Positions 38,445 to 50,618 of a DNA stretch of 64,000 nucleotides are shown here, one piece after another. The stretch's first letter is position 1, and every line of letters begins with the position of its first letter. Location of the stretch: contig OZ336877.1 in NCBI GenBank assembly GCA_965287045.1, positions 112,158,001 to 112,222,000 of the forward strand, in the 5' to 3' direction. The DNA is from Carcharhinus amblyrhynchos (taxonomy: Eukaryota). A model generated the notes under the pieces. That model saw only the letters and a program-made list of their open reading frames with translations. It had not been told where the DNA came from and ran no database searches. Position numbers and translations under genes: made by a program.

Positions 38445-39669
38445 AGACATGTGGACTGAGGAGTGTGATAGATGTGGTCTTTTTGGATTTTCAGAAGGCG
38501 TTTGACAAAGTACCTCACAAGAGGTTACTGCAGAAGGTCGAGGGACATGGAGTTGGGGGTAGGGTGTTAGCGTGGATAGAGGATTGGTTGTCAAATAGGA
38601 GGCAGAGAGTGGGGGTCAACGGGTGCTATTCGGATTGGCGGATGGTGACGAGTGGAGTGCCCCAGGGGTCGGTGCTGGGGCCTCAGCTTTTTACCATTTA
38701 TATAGATGATCTGGAGGAGGGAACCGAGTGTAGGGTGTCGAAATTTGCTGATGACACCAAGATTGGGGGAACGGCAAATTGTGCGGAGGGTGTGGAGAGT
38801 CTGCAGAAGGATCTAGATAGGCTGGGCGAATGGGCCAGGAAATGGCAAATGGAATTTAATGTTGGCAAGTGTGAGGTGGTCGGTCCACTTTGGTAGGAAT
38901 AATGGTAGGAAGGACTATTACTTACGTGGCGAAAAACTGCAGCAGGCGACGGTGCAGAGGGACCTCGGGGTCCTTGTGCATGAGTCGCAAAAACCCAGCT
39001 TGCAGGTGCATGTGGTCAGGAGGGCGAATGGGATGCTGGCCTTCATAGCGAGGGGGATTAAATATAAAAGTAGGGAGGTCTTGCTGCAGCTGTATAGGGC
39101 ATTGGTGAGGCCGCAGCTGGAGTACTGTGTGCAGTTTTGGGCGCCGCACCTGCGCAAAGATATTTTGGCCTTGGAGGGAGTGCAGAGGAGGTTTACTAGG
39201 CTGATGCCGGAGTTGAGGGGGTTGAGCTATGAGGAGAGGCTGAATAAACTAGGCTTGTACTCGTTAGAGTTTAGAAGAATGAGGGGAGATCTCATTGAGA
39301 CGTATAAGATGATGAATGGGATGGATAGGATAGAGGTGGAGAGACTCTTCCCTCAAAAAAGACAGTAGGACTACGGGGCACAGCCTCAAGATAAAGGGGG
39401 GGCGGTTTAGAACGGAGCTGAGGAGGAACTTCTTCACTCAAAGGGCGGTGAATCTCTGGAATTCTCTGCCCGTTGAAGTGGTGGAGGCTGCCTCGCTAAA
39501 TATTTTTAAGACACGGGTTGATGGGTTTTTGATGAGAGGGGATTAAGGGTTATGGGGAGAGGGCGGGAAAGTGGAACTGAGCCACGACAGATCAGCCATG
39601 ATCTTATTGAATGGCGGGGCAGGCTCGAAGGGCTAGATGGCCTACTCCTGCTCCTATTTCTTATGTTCT
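38445..39669 (+). mobile_element. Young CR1 RT-to-tail fragment with few frameshifts
   Basis: [48 protein letters not shown]; tail ctcctatttcttatgttct. Confidence 0.95.
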
Positions 39670-40429
39670 AGAAGAATGCTAAATTGATATTTAAATATGG
39701 CAACAGGACCTCCTAACCTTCCAGCTGATGGTGGGTGGACCAATTAGCTGTCGGCCCACCAGGAGATTCAGAGGAGAACTCGCTCGTACATAATTAACGA
39801 GATTCCAAATGCAGAAACTGACGCAGGATCCCACCCTCCTAGCTACTGGGAAAGACGTTGCCGGAGCCACCTGCCACTGCACTAGAGTTTTAAAAAAAGA
39901 GAATTCTGCCCATTGTTTTCACACTTCTCCGCATTAAACTGATCTGCCATGCATCCACCCATTTCACCAGTCTATCATTTTGATGCCTGCCAGTATCATC
40001 TGCAACTTTCAAAATTATGCCCCCATACCAAAATCAGATTGTTAAAAACACTGAACACTATAAGCACTTTTCTGGGCACATCAATGTACACTTTTGTGTC
40101 CATGATTCCATTTTCTCTAAACTGCTTAGTCTTGTAAAAACTTATTTTATAGTAATTTATCAAATATCTTTTGAGAATCTATTTATACATCAACTGCACT
40201 ACTTTCAACTTTCTCCATTATTTTAACCAAGAACTCAATCAGACACAATTTGTTTTCAACTGCTGTCATTTACTAATCCATGTTTTTCCAAGTGAAAATT
40301 AATTTTGTCTCTAGAACTTGGTCTACCACTATGACAGTCATTGAACAAGAATATGTGGGCAAAAAAAAAACATTTGTACCCTGCCTGTCTTATAATATTA
40401 CTCTCATTCAGTTTCTATATTTCCATTAC

Positions 40430-41130
40430 AGCTCTTGGCGCTGAAAGGATCAAGGAATATGGGGAGAAGGCCGGGGGGGGGGGGGCAAAAATCAGGATAT
40501 TGAATTTGATGATTGGCCATGATCATAATGCATGGCGTAGCAGGCTCAAAGGTCGAATGGCCTACTCCTGCTTCTACTATCAATGTTTCTATTATAGCAT
40601 AGGAAGACTGAAAAACTGTCATGGCAGCCTCTGCTATTTCCACCTTAACTTCCCTCAGAAGCCCAATATATATTCCATTCTGACAGGGTTCCTTTTCTAC
40701 TTCAAATGCACAAACATTTTAAAATACCTCCTCTATTTTGATCCTATCCAATTTCTCTACCCCTCTGCCTTTAATACAACTTTGGCAGCACTGCCATCTT
40801 TCACGAAGACTTACACAACACAGATTTCGTATCTCAGACATGACCTCCGCCTCCATAAGATGATTGCCTTTTCTGTCCTGAAACAGTCCCACCCTTCCTA
40901 TCCTTTCACTCTTACACAAGACTTCAGTAGACCTTCTTATACGACGGCTATATTTTTCCTCATGCGCTAACTTTACCCTCCTCATTTAGATACAAAATGA
41001 GATGTCCATCCTTTCGTTAGATTGTGATTCCCATTTTGGTTGCCTGCCTTCTACAGATTTACAGGTTTCCTTGTTCAACTTTACTAGCTTTTTATCAATT
41101 CTCCTGGCTGTTTTCACAATCCAGTTGCAT
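40430..41130. mobile_element. CR1 tail (+, ~40430-40600) followed by an old CR1 fragment (-)
   Basis: gcaggctcaaaggtcgaatggcctactcctgct tail, followed by decayed antisense CR1 linker-region sequence. Confidence 0.6.
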
Positions 41131-43872
41131 TCGATTGGGACTTTGCACCCAATAACAGACGTTAACATAGGTGATTAGGGCTGATGCATCCAAGTGAGCC
41201 AACTAGAGAAATCCACATAGTGGGCACTTCAATTTCTTCAATTATCTTTCATTACTTGAAACCTAGCCCCATTACCAACAACCCTATCTGCAAAGAAAAC
41301 CCAGCCAAAATTGAATATAAGAAGCCGATAATAATCCAAAGTTTAAGCTTTTTTGCAAATTTCAAAGTAACTGGTATGGTTACTAACATATCAATTACTA
41401 CACAATTATGAAATAAAACCCAAAATATCTTGTTACTTTATTAGGGCCGGATGCAGTTTGGAATGGTGATTCCCAATGTTATTACAGGTGAATAGAACAT
41501 TTCTGAACAGGGAGAATTATTTCTTCTCCTTTCACAAGTACTTTTTAAAAAATCTGCAGCAAGATGTATCCATCATTATTGACATATCTCAAGTTGAATG
41601 GACACAAATAGCTCCCATTGCAAGGATGGTTGAATTAGTAATAAGAAACCAAAGTATCGGTCCTTGTGATGAAAGACCTCCATATGCTCATGTCACTCTA
41701 CTCAATTCATTTATTTTGCTACTTTGTGGTCAGCAGCAATGGAGAAGGTGTAAACTGAGAGAGATGGCATTAATCTATACATCTGACAAGGTAAAACATC
41801 TGCTGTTAGAGATAGCTATACATTTTATTCTTGCTGACTGGTATGTTGCCCTTCCAAGCTGCAAATAGTAACTTTCAAGTGCTCGTGTGACAGCTTGCTT
41901 TCATCTGGTGCTGATGATATAGAAACTACTCTGGAACACAAAGAGGTTCAGTTGTTTCAATATCAGGAACTATAGGTAGGACTACAGAACCATTCCCTGG
42001 AGTGGTTCTGCAAGGCATACACATCAGTATAGTCATTTATTTCTTTCTTTTCCTCAAACAACTGAAGGTCACGACTTCCAAAACAATTACACCATTGAAG
42101 ACATTGCCAACTTCCCAAGTTATTAACTGGGAAATAATCTTAATTATTTTTGAAGTATTTTGAAGAGATCAGAAAACTAATTTTCCTTAAACCTTGTTAT
42201 CTGTCTGCTTGACCACCCTTCTCAACCCTCCCCCACCCCTTTATAATTTTTTCAACAAATATCAACAGGTAAACTACTTTAGACTTCCTGAATACAACTT
42301 CAAGGTGTGGTGTGCAAACAAAACTTAAGTTATAAAACCTCTAGCTTTCCATCCTACGCGGAAACACCTCAATTTACACTTGGAACTTTGCTCAACAGTT
42401 GTTTCGACGAGACCAGGAATTCAATGCAAATCTGTCATCACTACTCATGGGACAGCACAATAAAAAGCTACTTTGTCACTGTGCAAGCATGCATGCAAAT
42501 TTTGTGTACACATTGCATCAGCCATTACAGGCAGAGTTTGCAACACCAACACAAATTAATTCAAAATGCACATTTTAGCAAAGTCTACCCAAATATCTAC
42601 AACTGCTTTAACTCATTGCGTCTACACAGAAGTCTAAAGAATAGTCAATTGTTCAAAAATGTACAACTGTAAAGCAATACAGAAGTGACTTATGCATGCA
42701 TGTAGTGCTCCTTAAACTTCAGGTTATGCCAATTTGTCATTTAATTCAAACACTAAAATATTTAAATATTCAATTCATTTTAAAATATTCCAAGATTTTC
42801 ATTCAAAACATTATTTGCATTTTAAGACAGTCACAAACTGTACTGCAACAAGTGCCAAAAAGCTCCAAGTCAAAACAAAATGGTGGTGCTCTCAGAAATT
42901 GCCCTTTCCCCACACTGTTTCTGCAATGGCTGTTAAAATCCCAATCATGCAGACCTTGACACTCCCAGAGTCTTTATTCTGTTAACATGTCAGCAGCAGT
43001 AGAGCTTCTACAATTGGTCTTTCCTGGGTTAGATCTATTCTGACAGAATATCAGTACCTGACTGATATTGGAATTAAGTTTTGGACATCAGATGTGGGTA
43101 ACTGAGATGCAGTTAATCAGCCAGCTGCCACTCACCCACCCCCCAAGTTACAGATGAAAAAAATGGCCACTTGAACTCGGTACTGAGAGGACAACCTTAA
43201 GCACACAAACCAGCAAGGAACAAAAAAAAACGGAGGGGGGAAATCAACTGGACTGCACTCGTTTAGCAACCAATTTGATTGCTTTTCATTCTACATCACT
43301 CAACTACAATTTACTGCTGAATAAAGCTTGCGGGATGATAATGCCAAGCAAGCATTCAACTGGCGCGTTGACAGACAAACTGACAGCATCCAAGAGACAT
43401 GTTCCCGATCGAGAAGCAGAGAAATGCCGCTAATAAACCCTCTCCCCCGCGAATTGAGTGTCTAAAGGCATCTCTCCCCACGTAAAACAAGCCCCTTATA
43501 TTTCCACTGAGAAACAAAACCACACGTCTATTTTCCTTCCAAATTGGCGGCTCCATCATTTCCGCTCCGACCACACAGAGGGGCGGACGGGACTCTCCTT
43601 CCCTTCTTTCCGTCAACTCCTCAAGGCGAAACAATCAAAGATTGGAAAGTGTATTTTGATATAATATATACACAGAAAAAAGGACAGCATGTTTCCCATC
43701 CCTTTCGGAGCCACGCTTTACCAATTTGGGGGGGGGGGGAACGGGAAGATAATTTCTACTCCAACCTCCACTACAAACTCCTGAAGGGACAACGAGAGGG
43801 GGAAGAGAGTGAAGCCCGAGTGAGGGGATGGGGAGGAGGAGGGAGAGAGAACAGACACCGCTCATCACTCAC

Positions 43873-43917
43873 ATCCGTCCAGATCCTCCTGCAGCTCCTC
43901 CTGCACCAGCGACAAAT
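43873..43917 (-). CDS. PPP4R1: PPP4R1 coding exon 2 (45 nt)
   Basis: tttgctgcag|AT TTG TCG CTG GTG CAG GAG GAG CTG CAG GAG GAT CTG GAC GGA T|gtgagt = (D)LSLVQEELQEDLDG. Confidence 0.92.
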
Positions 43918-44225
43918 CTGCAGCAAAAAAAAAGAGCGGAAAAAAACAATTTAAAAAAAAATCAAATCACCTGCTAAAATCGGCAATTACAACAATAACC
44001 GACCCCCCCCCCCGCACCAAAACCAACAAGGCTCCTGACACAAACTTTCTCCTTCGCTAAATAATAAACGGATTTTCACGAAAAAATATCGGCGCACCGA
44101 CTTCCTAAAATATGTCTATACCGCTTATAAAAATTAATAATCGCAAAGAAGTGAGAAACGCGAGTCAAGGGAAATAATTCCCGCAGTTAAATAAATAAAT
44201 AAAACAAGAGCCAACTCTCTCCTAC

Positions 44226-44232
44226 CCGCCAT
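44226..44232 (-). CDS. PPP4R1: PPP4R1 coding exon 1 (ATG GCG G)
   Basis: Minus strand reads caagATGGCGG|gtagg. Splicing to exon 2 gives MADLSLVQEELQEDLDG, matching the vertebrate PPP4R1 N-terminus (MADLSLLQEDLQED). Confidence 0.85.
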
Positions 44233-44345
44233 CTTGTTCCCCCTCCCCCCCCCAGGTCCTACATTTAAAACCGTCCCCGCCCCCCTGCCTGCGTCCCCAC
44301 CGGAACTGGCCGGGCGGCACCGCTCGTACTGAAGGAAAAGGCCTA
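44226..44345 (-). promoter_or_regulatory. PPP4R1 5' UTR / proximal promoter region
   Basis: Locally GC- and CpG-rich. YY1-type motif CAAGATGGCGG overlaps the ATG (44226-44236), with CCGGAA (ETS-type) near 44300 and GGGCGG near 44312. The TSS cannot be determined. Confidence 0.55.
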
Positions 44346-44774
44346 TCCTTCCCCTGTGGGGTACACCATCAACAAACACACACACACACACAGTTTATGA
44401 TTTAATTTAATTGTGTTTCCTTTCTAATAATTTTGGTGCTGATGCCCCCTACGTTTTTTTTAAAGAATTGCTTTTGATTCTGTTGCCCATCTGAAAAAGA
44501 GTGGAAATGTCCTTCCGCTCCCACTTGTACTTGGATAAGAAGTTAGTGAAAAGAGATAAATGGGTCACTTTAATCTCACTTCAACACGTATGGAGCTGTG
44601 CGCCCATTAAAACGATATCACACCCAACCCAGCTCACATTTTTATTTTAAAATAAGTGAAGCTCGCTGCTAATTGCTGTTAAATTGTATGTTGAGTTCAT
44701 TTAGTTTGGGAAGCACTTCAGGTTTCTACACCTGAGAACTGAAAGTAGCTGCATTATATACTGCAAGCAATCCA

Positions 44775-46235
44775 GCAACAAGATCATAAGGCATTGAAGC
44801 CAATAGGGATCCGTGGGAAAACTCTACACAAACTGGAATTACACCTAGCACAAAGGAGAAAGGTTGTGGTTGGTGCAACCTATTATCTCAGTTCCAGGAC
44901 ATTGCTGCAGGAGTTCCTCCATGCGTCCAAGGCCAGACTATCTTCAGCTGCTTCATTAATGACTTTTCCCTCTGTCATCAACTCAGAAGTGGGGACATTT
45001 GCAGATGATTGCAGGATGTTCAGTGGACGTTGAAGCCTGCCTGCATGCGAAACAAGACTAGACAATCTTGGGGTTTTGGCTGATAAATGGCATGCAACAT
45101 TGTGCCACATGAATGCCTGACAGTGACTATTGTAGAAAGTTGTGGTTCCTTAAATCACTGACAACAAGGACTTCCAACAAAGGTGGTTTATTCCTGAGTT
45201 CAGCAGCTATGCTCAGCACTTGTGCTCTGTCTGTGCCCTGGGATTAAACCCAAGCTGCTGCCATGTGAGCTCTTTTGAAGCTATATGTTCTCGCATGACC
45301 ACTTTATCTACGAATATCTCCAGCAAGAAATGAGTCTAATTCCCTCTCTTATATTCAGTGACATGAGCACTGGTGAAATCCCACACTGTCAACATACTGG
45401 GTATCACTTGCATTGCTCAAAAACTTAACTTGACCAGACACAAACATACTGTCGCTACAAGACCACACCAAAGGCATGAGTCTTCTGTGGTGATTTACTC
45501 ATCCCTGATTTCCCATAGCCTGTCCACCACCTTCAAGGCACAAATCAAAAGCATAGCGGAATATTTTCCACTTGCCTGGATGAGAGCAGCTCCAACAACA
45601 CTCAATAAGCAACCTACGTGATTAACATCCAACCACAACCTTAACCATGCACTGCCTCTACTAACAGTGCTCAGTGGCAGCGTAGTGTGTACAAATGCAT
45701 TTCAGTAACTCCTAACGGCAGGTAGCAGGGTGGCACAGTAGATCGGGATCTGGGTTTGATTCCTGGCTTGGGTCACTGTCTGTGCAGAATCTGCATGTTC
45801 TCCCTGTGTCTGCTTAGGTTTCCTCCAGGTGCTCCAGTTTCCTCCTACAGTCGGAAAGACGTACCAGTTAAGTGCATTGGCCATGCTAAATTCTCCCTCA
45901 ATATGCCCGAACAGGTGCTGGAGTGTGGCAACTGTAAGGGATTTTCACAGTAGCTTCATTGCATTGTTAATGTAAGCATGTTGTGACAAAATAATTAAAT
46001 TTTCAACTTTTCAACATTAGTTTTCAAAGCCACAACCTCTACCGCCTAGATCAGGAAGAACAAGTTTTACAGAAGTATGGGATGGACCTTGCCACCTGCA
46101 AGTTCCCCTCCAACACACATCTCACTCTGACTTGGATATCAACATTTCTTCACAATTGGTGGATCAGAATCACTTCCTTAAAGGCAATCAGGGAATAGAT
46201 GCTGAACATGCTCACATTTCATGAATAAATCAAAG
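44775..46235 (+). mobile_element. Decayed CR1-group LINE of a different lineage (candidate SINE-B partner), interrupted
   Basis: GIRGKTL..LE.HLAQR and INSEVGTFADDC motifs, AWMRAAPTTL; 3' end ggcaatcagggaatagatgctg..ctcacatttcatgaataaa resembles the SINE-B tail. Confidence 0.75.
45717..46015 (+). mobile_element. HE1-like V-SINE with alternative (non-CR1) tail
   Basis: V-domain followed by ctaaattctccctca...gtggcaact..gggattttcacagtagcttcattgcattgttaatgtaagc. Confidence 0.85.
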
Positions 46236-46934
46236 AAAGTATTGGAAGGCATGGATACATACTCACTTATCTAAACCAGGCCTAACCCTACTGCCCTAAG
46301 CCAAGCTCAAGGAGGACAGAAACTTTCTGTTCAGCAGACACTCATGTTAAAATCAGCAAACTCAATATAGAATGGAAATAGAACCTATAATTGTCCTGCT
46401 TGTTATAGCTCATCAGTATCTTTGACCTTCAAGAGATCTTGTGGCATATCGTCACCATCATCCTCGAGCATACATAGTGATCATGCCATTCCAATTATGC
46501 TTCAGAGCTCACAAAGGTGAGCACTTATCTGGCCTCCCATTACTTTTTCTTGAATCGCTGCAGTCCATGTGGTGTAGGTACTAGTCTACAAGTTGACTCA
46601 ATTGACAATTCCCTCATCCAAGAAATCAGTCTCCTGAACCTTCATTGCACTCTTCCTCAGAGAAGTATATCCTTTTTTAGGTAAGAAGACTGAAACTGTA
46701 CACAGTACACCAGAACTGGTTGCACCAAGACCTTTGCAAATGCAATAAGACTTTACAATGCTGTACTATAATTTTTTTGTAATAAGACCATGCCATTTGC
46801 TTTCTGAATTGTTTGTTGTAACTGCATGTCAACCTCCTGTGATGCACGTCTGAGGACCCAAATCTCTCTGAACACCTGTGGGTGGAATTTTCTCTTCTTT
46901 TGACCATGTGTCAACTCAGGTGGGAAAAGCAATA

Positions 46935-47284
46935 TGACAGAGAAGGAGGTGCTGGAAATCTTAAAGCACAATGAATCAATGGAGCCAGCGTGCACGGAGT
47001 TGCCGCGTGTGACGTGTGACACTCAGAAATGTATATATCCACGTGATTTGGACAGGCTGAATGTGTGGACATGTACATGGCAGATGCAGTACAATGTGAG
47101 GTCATCCACTTTGGTAGCAATAATAGGAAGGCAGATTATTACTGGAATGGGTGTAAATTGAGAGAGGTGGATACTCAGCGAGATCCTTGTACCTCAGTCA
47201 CTGCAAGGAAGCGCGCAGGTACAGTAGGCAGTAAAGAAGGCAAATTGTATGTTGGCCTTCATAGCGAGCGGATACAGGAATAGA
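46935..47284 (+). mobile_element. Old CR1 fragment, continuing at 49864-50045 and 52285-52540
   Basis: tgtgaggtcatccactttggtagc...gttggccttcatagcgag; collinear continuation after the young insertion. Confidence 0.75.
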
Positions 47285-49863
47285 ACATAGAACATAGAAC
47301 ACTACAGCACAAACAGGCCCTTCGGCCCACGAGTTGCGCCGATCACATCAACACCTACCAACCTACAGACCTATCTATAACCCTCAATCTCATTAAACCC
47401 CATATACTCATCCAGAAGTCTTTAAAAAGACCCCAGCGAGTTCGCCTCCACCACCACTGACGGCAGCCGATTCCATTCACTCACCACCCTCTGAGTGAAA
47501 AACTTACCCCTAACATCACTTCTGAACTTCCCTCCCTTCACCTTAAATCTGTGTCCTCTCGTAGCAACCATTTCAACCCGGGGAAATAGCCTCTGAGAGT
47601 CCACCCTATCTATTCCTCTCAACATTTTGTAAACTTCTATCAGGTCGCCTCTCAACCTTCGTCTCTCCAGGGAAAAGAGTCCCAGCTCCCTCAACCTAAC
47701 TTCATAAGGCATGCCTCCCAGTCCAGGCAACATCCTTGTAAATCTCCTCTGTACCCTCTCAATAGCTTCTACTCTTTCCTATAGTGAGGCGACCAGAACT
47801 GCGCACAATACTCTAAATGAGGCCTGACAAGGGTCTTATAAAGTTGCAGCATTACCTCCCGACTCCTAAACTCAATCCCTCGATTAATGAAGGCCAGTAC
47901 ACCATACGCCTTCTTGACCACCTCCTCCACCTGCGAGGCCGATTTAAGAGTCCTGTGGACCCGGACCCCAAGATCCTTCTGCTCTTCAACACTAGTCAGA
48001 CTTCTGCCCTTGATAGTGTACTCGTTCATCCCGTTGGTTCTGCCAAAATGGACGACTACACATTTATCTGCGTTGAAGTCCATCTGCCACTTCTCCGCCC
48101 AGTCCTGCATCCTATCTATGTCCTGCTGCAACTTTTGCCATCCTTCCAGACCATCCACAACACCACCGACCTTAGTGTCATCAGCGAACTTACTTACCCA
48201 TCCCTCCACTTCCTCATCCAGGTCATTTATGAAAATGACAAACAACAAGGGTCCCAGAACAGATCCTTGAGGCACTCCGCTGGTGACTGACCTCCATTCA
48301 GAAAAAGTCCCATCCACAACCACTCTCTGCCTTCTGCAGGCAAGCCAGTTCTGAATCCACAAGGCCAAAGGCCCTTGGATCCCATGCCCTCTCACCTTCT
48401 CAAGAAGTCTTGCATGGGGGACCTTATCAAACGCCTTGCTGAAGTCCATGTACACTACGTCCACGGCACTTCCTTCGTCAATGTGTTCAGTCACATTATC
48501 GAAGAACTCAACTAGGCTTGTAAGGCACAACCTGCCCTTGACAAATCCATGCTGACTATTCCTGATCATGTCAAACCTCTCCAAATGTTCGTAAATCTTG
48601 TCCCTCAGAAGCCTCTCCATCAGCTTACCAACCACTGAGGTCAGACTCACCGGTCGGTAATTTCCCGGGCTATCTCTGTTCCCTTTCTTGAAAATAGGAA
48701 CTACATCCGCAATCCTCCAATCCTCCGGAACCTCTCCCGTCTCCACTGACGATGCAAAGATCATCGCCAGGGGCTCTGCAATCTCTTCCCTCGCCTCCCA
48801 CAGTATCCTGGGGTACATCCCATCTGGTCCAGGCGACTTATCTACCTTGATAGAATTCAAAAGTTCCAACACATCCTCCTCCTTAATATTCACGTACTCA
48901 ATCTTTTCCATCTGCTGCAAATCCATAACAAAATCTCCCAGATCGGCTTCCACCGTGAATACTGAGGCGAAGTACTCGTTAAGCACCTCTGCCATTTCTT
49001 CTGGTTCCACACAAACCTTTCCCCCCTCACCTTTTATAGGTCCTATCCCTTCTCTTCTTATCCTTTTACCTTTCACATATTTATAGAAGGCCTTGGAATT
49101 CTCCTTAATCTTACCCACCAAGGTCTTCTCATGACCCCTTCTGGCTCTCCTAATTACCCTTTTAAGTTCCTTCCTACAGTCCTTATACTCCTCAAGATCT
49201 TTAACCTCTCCTAATTCCCTGAACCTCTTGTACACCTTCCTTTTCCTCCTGACTAGGTTCAACACAGCCTTTGTGCACCACGGTTCCCGCGACCGACCAA
49301 AACCCCCTCGTCTCATCGGAACGTTGTCATTCAGAGCTCCAGACACACATTCCTTGAATATCTGCCACCTTCCTTCGGTACTTTTCCCTAAGAACGCCTC
49401 CTTCCAGTTTATTTGTCCAAGTAACTTCCTGACTTCTTCGTATCTCCCCTTACCCCAGACAAACACCTTCCTAGCCTGCCTGATCCTATCTCGTTCCAAT
49501 GCAATTGTGAAGGAGATAGAATTATGGTCACCATTTCCAAGATGCTCTCCTACCGAAAGATCCATCACCTGCCCTGGTTCATTCGCCAGTACCAGGTCAA
49601 GTACAGCCTCTCCCCTCGTAGGCTTATCCACATACTGTGTCAGGAAACCTTCCTGAACACACCTAACAAACTCCTCCCCATCCAAACCCCTTACCCTAGG
49701 GATATTCCAGTCGATGTTTGGGAAATTGAAGTCTCCCATCACGACAACTCTGTTATTAAAACATCTCTCCAGAATCTGTTTCCCTATTTGCACTTCAACT
49801 TCCCTGTCACTATTGGGCGGCCTATAGAATACACCCAGCAAAGTTTTTGACTCTTTGCTGTTT
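47285..49863 (-). mobile_element. Young 5'-truncated CR1 (~2.58 kb), ORF2 with one frameshift near 47775
   Basis: NSKESKTLLGVFYRPP...MGDFNFP...GDHN...[13 protein letters not shown]...FADDTK; (TTCTATG)n tail; 7-bp TSD GAATAGA at 47278-47284 and 49864-49870. Confidence 0.96.
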
Positions 49864-50046
49864 GAATAGAGATGGTTTACTGCAAATTTTATTGGCTGCT
49901 GATGAGGCCACAGTATTGTATGCAGCTTTGGTTTCCTTTTCTGAGGAAGCATGTCCTTCTATAGAAGGAGTGCAGCAAAGGTTTACCAGGCTGGTTTCAG
50001 GGATGATTGGTTTAACACAGAAAACAAGGATGCTCATGTAATGCAT

Positions 50047-50618
50047 GGAGTTTCTGACCTGGATTATAACAGGAGGCAGTGGCATAATGTCACTGGACTG
50101 TAATCCAAAACTGAAAGTAAAAGAATTCTTGTCACCATCCTTATTTTCTGTGTTAAACCTAGTGGCTGTTTTAGTTAGAAGGTGGTTTCACTTCAAGCTG
50201 AATGTAGTGTTCTCTCTCACCCTCTGGTATTGTAAATACTGTGACCCAGCTGGAAGCAGGTCTCCTTGCCTTCCTGGAATGAAATTTCTGTTGGTGGTTT
50301 GTGAGCTGGTGACTAGAGTGTTTCTCTCTCTGGTGTTTTGGGTTCTGATTTAAAGCTTGTTTCTGTATGTGTCAAGAAAGTTGTAGAATCCAACCAAAGG
50401 ACTAAGTTCCAGCATCACTTGAGCATTCTTGTTTTCTATTATAAGCCTGTGACAGGGGTATATTTATAGGGAAGTTTGTTTGGCTGGAACATTTCATATG
50501 GTTGTTAATGTTTATACAATAACACGGGTTTTTTTCTTGTTTGTAATTAGTAAAAGATTTTGCTAATTTTCTTTCTAAGTTAACTATATCCTCAAATAAA
50601 CTTTGTTTGGTAAAACTT
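50047..50618 (+). mobile_element. LTR-like fragments related to 27498-28302, plus a SINE-B head (50072-50108)
   Basis: ggagtttctgacctggattataaca and gctaattttc...aaataaactttgtttgg shared with the candidate solo LTR. Confidence 0.5.

Noticed and set aside
40341-40970. 209-aa ORF
   Set aside because: Runs across a CR1 tail and an antisense decayed CR1; no recognisable domain or splice context.
41905-41940. CTGATGA-tata-GAAA hammerhead-like string
   Set aside because: No helix II, no convincing helix I or III pairing, and no related copies.
47817-49850. Several 100-160 aa plus-strand ORFs
   Set aside because: Antisense shadows of CR1 ORF2; similar shadows recur at other CR1 copies.
49864-49952. 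N-terminal ~30 aa of the 727-aa ORF as a novel CR1 N-terminus
   Set aside because: Lies outside the TSD and is antisense sequence of the older host CR1; a chance in-frame extension.
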